A DNA stretch of 44,750 bases from Candidatus Hadarchaeota archaeon (GTDB lineage: Archaea; Hadarchaeota; Hadarchaeia; Hadarchaeales; JAWBSP01), in contig CAYYWO010000008.1 in assembly GCA_964474885.1 (NCBI GenBank), forward strand, positions 1 through 44,750, written 5' to 3'. The notes below the pieces were generated by a model. That model searched no databases, had not been told where the DNA came from, and was given only the letters and a program-made list of their open reading frames with translations. A program made the translations under genes and the position numbers. This document shows positions 34,509-43,583 of this stretch, piece after piece. Each line of letters opens with the position of its first letter. Positions within the stretch are counted from its first letter, which is position 1.

Positions 34509-34967
34509 ATCCTCTAAACAGTGCTCTTTGATCCAATCGGCTGCTCTCTTGTCCCCCCTCCTCGCCTGTTTTATCAGCGCGGACATGTCAGCTCCCTGGA
34601 ATGGCACACGTCTCCTGTACCCGAAGAATTTGGCTACATGCTCGAGACTGTACCTCGAGAGTAAAAGGTTCTTCCTGCACCACTCACACAGATCCAAGTG
34701 CCTTATTTGACGGAGAGACCTCAGGCTGACGTTTAGGAGTGAGGCCCTGGCCATGAGGAAGGGTAAGTCAAACCCGGATCCAAACCAAGTCACCAGCAGA
34801 TCAACTTCTTCCAGCTGCCTTGCCAACCACTGCAGAGCGGATTTCTCCTGTTCCTTGGTTAGACACAATCGGATCTCGGGTCGTCTCAACCAAATCCCAA
34901 CCGCAACAACTCCACCCTCATCAGCCTTCTGTCCTTCGGTTTCTATGTCCAAGTAGGCAGGCATCAC
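34455..34967 (-). CDS. YprB-like RNase H-fold (DEDD) exonuclease
   Basis: YLDIET.G, VTW.G..FDLPFL, HLDL, SLE.VA and HC.ED motifs. Confidence 0.85.
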   Translation of the reverse strand: MMPAYLDIETEGQKADEGGVVAVGIWLRRPEIRLCLTKEQEKSALQWLARQLEEVDLLVTWFGSGFDLPFLMARASLLNVSLRSLRQIRHLDLCEWCRKNLLLSRYSLEHVAKFFGYRRRVPFQGADMSALIKQARRGDKRAADWIKEHCLEDLTLLRKIYRRLSKSLEL

Positions 34968-35374
34968 TCCCCCATAACCAGGATGAAAACACGTCTGGTT
35001 CTGGGACCGTCTTCTTCTATGAGCAAGAAGTTCTGCCAGGTACCGCGGATGATCCTTCCATTTGCTATTGGGAGAACCCTGCAGGAGCCAACGATAGCGG
35101 ATTTCAGATGAGCGTGGGCATTGTCATCGATCCTGTCGTGTAGGTACCCTCCTCGACTCGGGATCAGCTCCTCCAGCTTGTTAAGCAAGTCCCGTTTCAC
35201 ACCTTCTTCGCTCTCGTTCAGAACGAGGGAGGCGGTTGCGTGAGGCAGCTGAACCACGAGTATACCATTTTTGATTCCTGACTCCTCGACAGCCTCCGCG
35301 ATTTCATATGTTATATCGAGTATTTCCTGTCTCCGCTTTGTTTGAACGGTTATTTCTTTCGTCCAGATCTTCAT
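34964..35374 (-). CDS. yjbQ: YjbQ/UPF0047 family protein
   Basis: DIT, H.TA....NE, Y.HD..DDNAHAHLK and GTWQ.....E.DGPR.R motifs. Confidence 0.93.
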   Translation of the reverse strand: MKIWTKEITVQTKRRQEILDITYEIAEAVEESGIKNGILVVQLPHATASLVLNESEEGVKRDLLNKLEELIPSRGGYLHDRIDDNAHAHLKSAIVGSCRVLPIANGRIIRGTWQNFLLIEEDGPRTRRVFILVMGE

Positions 35375-35379
35375 GCCTC

Positions 35380-36215
35380 CTCTCTTCTGAGGGATCTGAG
35401 TACAAAATCCTTATCCTTGAAGTATTCTTGCGTTAAAGCAGCAATGGCACCATAAATTCCTGCTTTCTCTCCCAGCTGTGAAATGACGATCTTGGGCATA
35501 AGGTTGACAATATTCCTCTAGGAGTTCCTTTGGGGGCTTGAGGACAAGTTCTCCTGCCCCAAGCAACTATATCTCCGCCGGAATGATTAGTTCAGAATGT
35601 TAAGCATTGATTACATTCCGGGTTCGATCACATTGTAGGATTCACTTCACTTAGAATCTCCATCGCCTTCGGCTCGCCTCCTCTCGTTCTCCCGGTCAAT
35701 TCCTCTGCCGAACATGCTACCCTCTCACCCTAGCTAGTTGTTCCATCCTCGGCCCTGAGCAATATGCTTCCAGTGCCCCCTTTCCGAGCTGCAGACATTC
35801 TTTTCTGGGATTTACAACGAAGTGTCCCACTTCGTGCGCATTGCCAAAAATAAGCCTCCAATTTATGTAAACGCCGGCTCCTATCTCCACTCTTATGCTT
35901 ATGTAAACCATGTTTGAACCCTTTTCCAGCGCCAAATTCAGTTCTCCTATGGTGTAGCCATACAGTTGTTCAGAGGCACACTGGCGTGCCCAACTGTTTT
36001 TGGAGAAATTTGACAACTGGCACGCATTGGAAGGGTAAGTGGCATGGGTTATGAGCTCCCCTCTTACCATATCCTAGGGGACCGAAAGAGACGACGCATA
36101 TTGCCTCAGGCTCCTCCGCTTTGGTTCCGCTTTCACGGCTTCAGTTTGACCCGTTTGTGCTCTTTGACCTGATGGTTCTTTCCCCTAGGTCGAGCCCAGA
36201 TATATTATCTTGCCT
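35380..36215 (-). pseudogene. Decayed ROK-family sugar kinase/repressor
   Basis: Fragments in different frames: GLDLGERTIR (about 36165-36200), NMVYISI..EIGAG..HEVGH..GALEAYCSG (35717-35960), NVINA* and PKIVISQLGEKAGIYGA (about 35440-35500). Boundaries approximate. Confidence 0.8.
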
Positions 36216-36246
36216 TTCGTTATAGTAAAAAACGGCGAACGCTTTG

Positions 36247-37098
36247 ATGCTCATCGACCCGCGCCTGAGAGCTTTGAGCTTGATTGAAAGAGAACCTGTT
36301 GTTACCTCCCATGAAACGAGAATAGGGGAGCTTGTGGGATTGATGGTCGAAAACGGGATAAGGAGGGTTCCTGTCGTCTCGAGACATGGAGATATGGTTG
36401 GCATAGTCATCTCGAGAGACGTCTTGGACTATATCGCTGGCTCGAGGTCTAACATCTGGATTTTGGAGCAGGGGCGGGATTTCGCCCGCGCATTATCTGC
36501 TGTCCCTGTTGGGAGGATCATGTCTAGGCACGTTGTGTTCATCCCCCACACGGCATCGGTCAAGGAAGCCATCGAAACCCTCCTCAGAACGGGAGTGGGT
36601 GGATTGCCCCTAGTGAAGGAAAGGAGGGTGGTTGGCATAGTAGAGGAAAGAGATTTTGCACAACTGATTCCACGCAAAACGGGGATCCCAGTTGAATATC
36701 ACATGAGCAGACATGTCGTCACAGCTAATCCGAGTATGAGTTATCTTGATCTCTGCAGGTTCATGGTAACCACGGGGATACGGAGAATGCCCGTGATGAT
36801 GGCAGGTGAACTACGGGGCATCGTCACGTCTATGGATCTTTTGAAAGTCCTGAACCTAGAGCGGGTGCGTGAGTTAATCCTGCGGGGGTTGGCAGACGAG
36901 ATTTTCCGCATGGAGGCGAGGAGCTTCATGACCAGAAATGTGGTTACAATTCAGCATGATGAAGATATGGGAAAGGCCGCTGAACTCATGGTAGAAGAGG
37001 AAATAACCGGTTTGCCCGTTATACGAAAGGAAAAGCTGGTAGGGATCATAACAGCCCATGACCTGCTCAAGTGGCTTTTCTATAATCTCAGGAGATGA
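36247..37098 (+). CDS. Tetra-CBS domain protein
   Basis: Four CBS repeats (IRRVPVV..GIV, GGLPLV..GIV, IRRMPV..GIVT, LPVI..GIIT). Confidence 0.9.
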   Translation: MLIDPRLRALSLIEREPVVTSHETRIGELVGLMVENGIRRVPVVSRHGDMVGIVISRDVLDYIAGSRSNIWILEQGRDFARALSAVPVGRIMSRHVVFIPHTASVKEAIETLLRTGVGGLPLVKERRVVGIVEERDFAQLIPRKTGIPVEYHMSRHVVTANPSMSYLDLCRFMVTTGIRRMPVMMAGELRGIVTSMDLLKVLNLERVRELILRGLADEIFRMEARSFMTRNVVTIQHDEDMGKAAELMVEEEITGLPVIRKEKLVGIITAHDLLKWLFYNLRR

Positions 37099-37778
37099 CC
37101 AAGCCTAAGGACTCAAAAGTATGGATTGTTATCCCGGCTTATAATGAGGAAGCAACCATAGGGAGGGTCATAGATTCCTTGAAGGCCGAAGGATGGAAAA
37201 ATATATTGGTGGTCAATGATGGCTCGACGGATAGAACAGCTAGGATAGCAAGGGAAAGGGGTGCCTGTGTAGTTTCTCATCCAAAGAATGTAGGTCTAGG
37301 AGGAGCACTGCGCACGGGTTTATCTGAGGTTTATCATCGGGGAGCAGATGTGGCTGTGACTTTTGATGCAGACGGTCAGCACCACCCAAAAGATGTGAAA
37401 AAGCTCGTTCGAGTTCTCAGTTCTGGAAATTACGATTTAGTCATTGGGCTAAGAAAATCCATTGGGATACCTCTTCATAAGAGGTTCGGAAATTTTTTTC
37501 TGAATCTTGCAACATTCCTTCTCACTGGGGTTTACACAGATTCCCAATCTGGTAGCAGAGCTTTTTCTCGAAAGGCACTGGAAAAAATCCAGCTGAAGTC
37601 GAAAGGATATGAGGTTTCGTCCGAGATTCTTCTCAGAGCCTCACGTAACCGTCTTCGGATAGGCTCCGTCCCGGTGGTTTGTTATTATCCCCCCCATGCC
37701 AAAGCTAAGGGAACGACAATTCTGAGCGGGATAAAGATTTTTCTTTCGCTTGTCGCTTTCAGGTTAGCATCAGTTTGA
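37095..37778 (+). CDS. GT2 glycosyltransferase (DPM1-like)
   Basis: VIPAYNEE, VNDGS.D, N.G.G.A, FDADGQH and DSQSG.R motifs. Confidence 0.92.
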   Translation: MTKPKDSKVWIVIPAYNEEATIGRVIDSLKAEGWKNILVVNDGSTDRTARIARERGACVVSHPKNVGLGGALRTGLSEVYHRGADVAVTFDADGQHHPKDVKKLVRVLSSGNYDLVIGLRKSIGIPLHKRFGNFFLNLATFLLTGVYTDSQSGSRAFSRKALEKIQLKSKGYEVSSEILLRASRNRLRIGSVPVVCYYPPHAKAKGTTILSGIKIFLSLVAFRLASV

Positions 37779-37784
37779 GAGGCA

Positions 37785-38405
37785 TTAACCAGCAAATGCC
37801 TGTAGTATCAAAAATCCTCCCCATCCGATGAAAAACACACCACAGAGGACTAGCAGGCTTCTGTAAAGCCGTGTGGTCAGAAAGTTCCTACCTCTCGCGC
37901 AGAGAAAGGAAACCGAGCAGAACCAAGTTATGTCGGAGAGAACGTGCCCGAGCAACCAGTAGAAAATACCAAGGACGGATCCCAAATTGTAGGCTAAGAG
38001 CAAATTTGAAAATCCCACTCCCACCCACCAGATCGGAACCGAGGGGTTCAGTACGCTGCTGAGGAGCACACCGCTCACGAAGGGATTGAAGGGTAAGATA
38101 TTAGCCCCTTCCAAACTTTCTCTGCGTGCTCTGATCGTTTGAGCACCTAAGAAGATTAGCATACCTCCTCCCAAAAGGAACATGCCAGTTTGAAGGCTTT
38201 CGCTCTTTAAAATTGCATGGAATCCCAAAGCAAAGAGAAAGAGGTATATCGCCTCAGCGCTCAGGTGCCCTCCAACGGCGAGCGGACCCACCTTGGCTCC
38301 ATTTCTGAGAGATGAAGTTGAGATGTACACCAGCATTGGGCCTGGAATCAAAGCTCCTGAGAGCCCGATCACGAACCCCAGCCAAACGAGATCAATTGGG
38401 TTCAT
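37785..38405 (-). CDS. LysE-family amino acid exporter
   Basis: GLSGAL.PGP, G..GH, NP....WW..G and GH...D..W motifs; six TM helices. Confidence 0.88.
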   Translation of the reverse strand: MNPIDLVWLGFVIGLSGALIPGPMLVYISTSSLRNGAKVGPLAVGGHLSAEAIYLFLFALGFHAILKSESLQTGMFLLGGGMLIFLGAQTIRARRESLEGANILPFNPFVSGVLLSSVLNPSVPIWWVGVGFSNLLLAYNLGSVLGIFYWLLGHVLSDITWFCSVSFLCARGRNFLTTRLYRSLLVLCGVFFIGWGGFLILQAFAG

Positions 38406-38441
38406 CGTTCAAAATTGAGCAGTAAAGTATAAAAGTGGGGA

Positions 38442-39821
38442 ATGAACCTGGTAGGGATGAAGATACTGCTCGATGAGAACGAGATTCCAAAATATTGGTA
38501 TAACATCCAAGCGGACTTGCCTTCGCCTCTAGATCCTCCCCTGAATCCAGCGACGGGAGAACCCATAAGTCCGAAAGATCTTGAGCCAGTCTTTCCAAAA
38601 TCGCTCATCGAGCAGGAGGTCAGCACCGAGCGGTGGATCCCGATTCCAGAGGAGGTGAGAGAAGTCTACCGGATCTGGAGGCCCACACCTCTCTATCGGG
38701 CAGAGAGGTTGGAAAGAGTACTCAAGACGCCCGCGAAAATTTACTACAAGTGGGAAGGAGTGAGCCCACCCGGGAGCCATAAACCCAACACTGCTGTGGC
38801 CCAGGCGTACTTCAATCGTGAGGAGGGGATCGAAAGGCTGACCACGGAAACGGGTGCCGGGCAGTGGGGAAGTGCCCTGGCTTTTGCTACCATGCTGTTT
38901 GAGATGCAATGCACGATTTATATGGTTAAGGCCAGCTATGAGCAAAAACCCTATCGGAGGATTCTCATGGAGATTTGGGGGGCCGAATGCATACCTAGCC
39001 CGAGTGATCGAACCCAGTTTGGAAAGAAGGTGTTAGCCGAGGATCCGAACTGTCCTGGTTCCCTCGGCATAGCGATTTCGGAAGCAATCGAAGATGCGGT
39101 CACTCATGCCAATACTAAATACAGTCTCGGAAGTGTTCTGAATCACGTTCTTCTGCACCAGACGGTAGTGGGGCTCGAGGCGAAAGCACAGTTGCAGAAG
39201 ATCGATGAATACCCAGATATTGTTATAGGCTGTGTTGGAGGGGGAAGCAATTTTGCTGGTCTAAGCTTTCCTTTTGTGGCTGATAAGCTCACGGGAAAAA
39301 AACCGCATCTTAGGATTTTATCTTGTGAGCCGAAGGCTTGTCCTACCCTGACGAAAGGGATCTACACCTATGACTACGGTGATACGGCAAAAATGACACC
39401 TCTCTTAAAAATGTACACACTCGGGCATTCTTTCATCCCGCCTCCCATTCATGCAGGGGGCCTGAGATATCATGGTGATGCACCGCTTCTCTGTAAGCTG
39501 ACTAAAGAAGGATACGCTGAGGCAGTGGCTTACCATCAGAATGAGGTATTTCACGCGGCTAGGATTTTTGCCAAAGCTGAGGGCTTTGTTGTTGCTCCCG
39601 AGACGGCACACGCAGTTAAGGCGGTAATAGATGAGGCACTGAAATGCCGGGAAACTGGAGAGGAAAAGGTGATATTATTTAACAACTCCGGTCATGGTTT
39701 GTTGGACTTAGCAGCTTGGGATGCTTTCTTACGGAGAAAGTTGTTAGACTACGAGCTTCCCGATGAGGCTATAAGAAAGGCGATGGAGAAAATACCTAAA
39801 GTGATACCAAAATTGAAATAA
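38442..39821 (+). CDS. trpB2: TrpB2 (tryptophan synthase beta chain type 2)
   Basis: [43 protein letters not shown] and HAGGLRYHG motifs. Start may be 38457. Confidence 0.95.
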   Translation: MNLVGMKILLDENEIPKYWYNIQADLPSPLDPPLNPATGEPISPKDLEPVFPKSLIEQEVSTERWIPIPEEVREVYRIWRPTPLYRAERLERVLKTPAKIYYKWEGVSPPGSHKPNTAVAQAYFNREEGIERLTTETGAGQWGSALAFATMLFEMQCTIYMVKASYEQKPYRRILMEIWGAECIPSPSDRTQFGKKVLAEDPNCPGSLGIAISEAIEDAVTHANTKYSLGSVLNHVLLHQTVVGLEAKAQLQKIDEYPDIVIGCVGGGSNFAGLSFPFVADKLTGKKPHLRILSCEPKACPTLTKGIYTYDYGDTAKMTPLLKMYTLGHSFIPPPIHAGGLRYHGDAPLLCKLTKEGYAEAVAYHQNEVFHAARIFAKAEGFVVAPETAHAVKAVIDEALKCRETGEEKVILFNNSGHGLLDLAAWDAFLRRKLLDYELPDEAIRKAMEKIPKVIPKLK

Positions 39822-40051
39822 TGGTCGTTGCGTTCGTTTTGGTTCAGTCTGAAATTGGTACGGTTGAACTATTGGTCCAAGAAATAAGGAAGCTTGAGGA
39901 GGTGGTGGAGGCTTATATGGTAGCTGGTCCCTATGACATAATAGTCAAGATTCAGGCGCAAAAGTTCGAAGAGGTTGCTAAGACGGTGACGGAAAAACTT
40001 CACAAGCTGGCAGGAGTGAAAACAACGTTAACACTCTTCTGTTTCGGTTGA
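39821..40051 (+). CDS. Stand-alone Lrp/AsnC ligand-binding (RAM) domain
   Basis: AFVLV, V.EAY.V.GPYDII.K and GV..T.TL motifs; no HTH. Confidence 0.9.
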   Translation: MVVAFVLVQSEIGTVELLVQEIRKLEEVVEAYMVAGPYDIIVKIQAQKFEEVAKTVTEKLHKLAGVKTTLTLFCFG

Positions 40052-40052
40052 G

Positions 40053-40430
40053 ATGCCCGTAGCTTTTGTTCTCGTGGATGTTGAGCTTGGGAGGTTAACT
40101 GAGGTTCTTGAAAAACTTTTGGAGGTAGAGGAGGTCGTGGAGGCATATTCGGTCGCGGGGCCGTACTCTATTTTGGCGAAGATTGAGGCGAGTTCTTTTG
40201 ATGAACTCGCACGGATAGTACCTGGAAAAATTCACAAGATCTCCGGCATAGCAAAGACCTTGACCTTGGTGGCTTTTGGTACTGCTAGAGCATTCCGTGT
40301 GGATGCGTGTGAGGAGGCCCAGGAACTTGCTCAACAGGGAAAACTCGACGAACTTTATAGTCTCTGCAGATCTTGTAAACAACTCAAGTTTTGCGCCTTT
40401 GGAACGAGGGTGGTAACTTTCGGTTTCTAA
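40053..40430 (+). CDS. Lrp/AsnC RAM domain with a C-terminal four-Cys tail
   Basis: RAM motifs as in the preceding gene, followed by C-x18-C-x2-C-x5-C. Confidence 0.85.
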   Translation: MPVAFVLVDVELGRLTEVLEKLLEVEEVVEAYSVAGPYSILAKIEASSFDELARIVPGKIHKISGIAKTLTLVAFGTARAFRVDACEEAQELAQQGKLDELYSLCRSCKQLKFCAFGTRVVTFGF

Positions 40431-40609
40431 CTCCTACCGAGAAGACGGGCTAAGAGGCTCCTCTTTTTCGCGGTCTTTTTCCTTAAATAGTTGTACACTG
40501 TCATTGTGCTGACCCCTAATTGCGCAGCAATTTTTTGATAAGTCAAACCTTTCTTCCTTAGTTTTTTCATTTTCTCGATCATTTGTTTGGTCACAATTTT
40601 TTTCGGCAT
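40427..40609 (-). CDS. Small basic helix-turn-helix protein
   Basis: LRKKGLTYQKIAAQLGVSTMTVYNYL. Confidence 0.8.
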   Translation of the reverse strand: MPKKIVTKQMIEKMKKLRKKGLTYQKIAAQLGVSTMTVYNYLRKKTAKKRSLLARLLGRS

Positions 40610-40629
40610 AAATCCCTTTTTTTCTTTTC

Positions 40630-41298
40630 TTAAATCCTCTTGAGTTCTTCGATGCTTAGTGCGTCAAGCTCTTCTGGTTGTACCTGAATGAGGCGATTCA
40701 ATTCGTGCTCAACCACTTCTTCTAGTCTAAGTCTTGTCCAGAGTAGATCCAGTTTTGTTACATCTCCTCTGGTTTTTGGAGAAGGAGATACGGCCAAACA
40801 TCCACCTGCATGCTTCTCCTGCCACAAACCTACCTCACGTGCGATGTGCTCGATCTCGATTTTGTTCAAACCCAGTAGCGGCCTGAAGATGGGATATTGT
40901 AGCCCCTTTGAAAGAATTACGAGGTTATGGAGTGTTTGGCTGGCCTTTTGACCGATGGAGTCGCCGGTTACCACACCAAAAGCGCCCACTTTTTGGCAGA
41001 GTTTAGAAGCGACGAAAAGCATGCCTCTTTTGCAGAGTAAGCACCGATAATTTTTAGGGGCCTTCTCGACGATGAGTTCTAGCACTCTTCCCCAAGGATA
41101 AAAGAAAATCTTCTCGATTTTAACTTTTCTTGAGAACTCTTTCAAGGCCTCAACAGTGTTGTATAGGTTCTCCTTCCTTACAAAGGGAAAACAGCAGAAG
41201 TGGAGGGGGAGTATTCTGAACTTTTTCGACATCAGGTAACAAGCAACAGGAGAGTCGATCCCTCCGGAAAATAATCCGATTACCTTCTTTTCTGTCAT
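40630..41298 (-). CDS. ThiI-like PP-loop sulfurtransferase lacking the NFLD/THUMP domains, 222 aa
   Basis: SGGIDS, CLLCKR.M, TGDSIGQKASQT..NL, RPL.G..K.EI and a C-terminal C...P..P.T. Confidence 0.85.
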   Translation of the reverse strand: MTEKKVIGLFSGGIDSPVACYLMSKKFRILPLHFCCFPFVRKENLYNTVEALKEFSRKVKIEKIFFYPWGRVLELIVEKAPKNYRCLLCKRGMLFVASKLCQKVGAFGVVTGDSIGQKASQTLHNLVILSKGLQYPIFRPLLGLNKIEIEHIAREVGLWQEKHAGGCLAVSPSPKTRGDVTKLDLLWTRLRLEEVVEHELNRLIQVQPEELDALSIEELKRI

Positions 41299-41327
41299 CA
41301 ACTTTATACTAACAATTCCAGTTAGGT

Positions 41328-41996
41328 ATGCACAAATTTGGCTGGCTTGCAAGAGCGAGAGAGAGGAGGCTGCTGGAGTTGTGCCAACAGCACATGGAAG
41401 AAGTGGTGAGGACGGTTCAATTTATGAAAGAGTCTTACGAGGTTTTTGCAGAAAAGAAGCAAAAAGAGGTAGCCGAGCTTTACAGGAAGGTTTTTGCTTC
41501 AGAAAGAAAGGCCGATGAACTGAAGCGCAAGATATTGGAAGAGCTCTCTGCGAGGATCTTCCACCCGATTGACAGGGATGAGCTTGTGCGCTTGGTGATG
41601 ACTTCAGACGAGATCGCAGCTAATGCTAAAGCTGCTACGGGCAAGCTGAGATATATCCGACCCCAGAGGATTTGCCGAGAGCTTAGGGAGATTTTGAGGG
41701 AATTTGCAGCAAAGGACTTGGAGGCTGCCACAAAGTTATTACAAGCAATACGTACCCTCCCTTCGAACCCGAAGCAGGCGCTGGAACTCTCTTATGAGGT
41801 CGAAGACAAGGAGGAGGAAATAGATGAGTATAGACATGAAAAACTGTTTCCAAAGCTGATGCAGTGGCATCGCGCGATCAAAGACACAGGTCTCTCATTT
41901 CTTCTGGAAAAAATATTCGAGAACTTGGAAATGGTCGCAGATCTTTGCGAGGATGCCAGTGATATTCTGAGGTGCATAGCTGTGTCGGGCAAGTAA
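41328..41996 (+). CDS. DUF47 (PhoU-like) protein
   Basis: E..ADELKR, F.PIDR.EL..L....D.IA, E..E...D and E.VAD.CEDA.D motifs. Confidence 0.9.
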   Translation: MHKFGWLARARERRLLELCQQHMEEVVRTVQFMKESYEVFAEKKQKEVAELYRKVFASERKADELKRKILEELSARIFHPIDRDELVRLVMTSDEIAANAKAATGKLRYIRPQRICRELREILREFAAKDLEAATKLLQAIRTLPSNPKQALELSYEVEDKEEEIDEYRHEKLFPKLMQWHRAIKDTGLSFLLEKIFENLEMVADLCEDASDILRCIAVSGK

Positions 41997-41997
41997 C

Positions 41998-43164
41998 CTA
42001 CATGACCCCGTATTTCTTAGCAATTTCTTGAAAAACCTCTGCCACTCTTTTTACTTCCCCCCACTCAAGTCCGTAGACACTCAATTTGAAGTGCTTGCTT
42101 CTGCCAGGCAAAATTCCAACGACCCCTCTTTCTTTGAGTTCATGGTATAGGAAGTAACCCCTTTCCTTAACCCTTTTAGATACCTGCTCGAACCCCTTAG
42201 ACTCCATATGGATCAGATGATGTTGTTTCGGTTTTACACCCAGTTGTATCGTTCCCTGTATTTCTTCAAGCTTGTTTACTAAGTATCTCGTCTTCTCGAG
42301 TTCACTCTCCCAACTTTTCACACGTTCCATGACATACGGAAACGAGGCCATAAGAGTGACCAGAGGGAGGCCAAGGACCGGGCATCCCATCACAGCCAGT
42401 TCCTTCTTGGGGAAAGACGAGGATCTCCTAAGAACCTTAGCTGCGTATTCTCTTCTCATTGCAAGTATTCCAATGGGGCCACTCGCCGCCCAAGACTTAT
42501 GCCCGCTGCTAACTAGCAGATCCACGCCCAATTCTTTGCAGTCAACGGGCATTACACCAGCTGTGTAAGCGGCATTCAGAACGAAGGGTATGTCTTCTTC
42601 CCTACATATCTTAGAGACCTTTTTAACATCACCCAGATTTCCGTAGGTAGGGTCTGCATGGGTGAGTAAAACCAAGGCGGGAGGTTTTCTGTAAGTCCTC
42701 TTTATTTCCTCTATTCTCCGCTGGTATTCCTCCAGCTTGAGTTCGAAGCTCGGATAGCCAGAGTGTTCGACTTGAACGACTTTTAAACCTGCAGCTTCAG
42801 CAGCTAGAAAGGTTGAATAGTGAGCCAGCCCGTCCACCACTATGACGTCACCAGGTTCTGCAAGAGTTTTAAAGATGATATATTTAGCCTCCCTGCATCT
42901 TGTGACGACCCTGCCCACATCAGTGCCCAAGAAACTTGCAAGATCCTCCAAGAATTCTAAGACAGGAGGTCTTTTGAGCTCATACAAAGATCCTGTGCAC
43001 CAGTCACAGAGGGAATACCCGTCGGCAAATTCATCCAAAATTTTTCTGGCTTCAGGGCTTAGTATCCCTCCCCGTTGGATAGGGTTCAGATTTATAAACC
43101 TCTTCTCTTCTCTCCGTAATTGGTTTATCCGTTTTTTCCAAGTTTCTATCAGGTCTTTTCTCAT
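41998..43164 (-). CDS. pscS: Sep-tRNA:Cys-tRNA synthase (SepCysS)
   Basis: IN.NPIQRGG.L, GYS.CD.C, AHYS, H.D..YGN, LN.AY..G, PLP-lysine SGHKS and KE...MGC motifs. Start 43164 forms a TAATG overlap. Confidence 0.95.
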   Translation of the reverse strand: MRKDLIETWKKRINQLRREEKRFINLNPIQRGGILSPEARKILDEFADGYSLCDWCTGSLYELKRPPVLEFLEDLASFLGTDVGRVVTRCREAKYIIFKTLAEPGDVIVVDGLAHYSTFLAAEAAGLKVVQVEHSGYPSFELKLEEYQRRIEEIKRTYRKPPALVLLTHADPTYGNLGDVKKVSKICREEDIPFVLNAAYTAGVMPVDCKELGVDLLVSSGHKSWAASGPIGILAMRREYAAKVLRRSSSFPKKELAVMGCPVLGLPLVTLMASFPYVMERVKSWESELEKTRYLVNKLEEIQGTIQLGVKPKQHHLIHMESKGFEQVSKRVKERGYFLYHELKERGVVGILPGRSKHFKLSVYGLEWGEVKRVAEVFQEIAKKYGVM

Positions 43165-43583
43165 TACTCTAGTTTCGTCAGACTGAGTGCTCTCATGGGA
43201 CAGGCTTCCGTGCAAAGTTTACAATAAACGCACCTGTTTTCATCAAGCATTACCTCCCATTCTTTCGAGAATTTCAGGGCTCTCGTCGGACAGACTGAAA
43301 TACACGCCCCACAGTCTATACATCTTTCCCTGTCCAAACTTATAGTTTGTCTCAGAATCTTGGCTTCAACACCCATCGATCTAAACCGGTTGAGAATGCC
43401 CTCCACTTGTTCTGGACTCGCTTCCACCGAGATTATGATCTCACCACCTTGGCTGTTTATCTTTGCATGAAGAACGTTGAGTAGCAAGCCGGTCTCCTTT
43501 ATGACCGTTGCTAGGATAGGTTCTCCCGCTTTTTCCGCATTGTAACTAAGGAGGATCTTTTGGGTTATCTTCTCCGACCCCAT
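43164..43583 (-). CDS. NIL domain + 2x[4Fe-4S] ferredoxin (partner of the homocysteine sulfurtransferase)
   Basis: EPI....NVL.A NIL domain followed by CIDCGAC..VCP and CVYC.LC...CP. Confidence 0.92.
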   Translation of the reverse strand: MGSEKITQKILLSYNAEKAGEPILATVIKETGLLLNVLHAKINSQGGEIIISVEASPEQVEGILNRFRSMGVEAKILRQTISLDRERCIDCGACISVCPTRALKFSKEWEVMLDENRCVYCKLCTEACPMRALSLTKLE

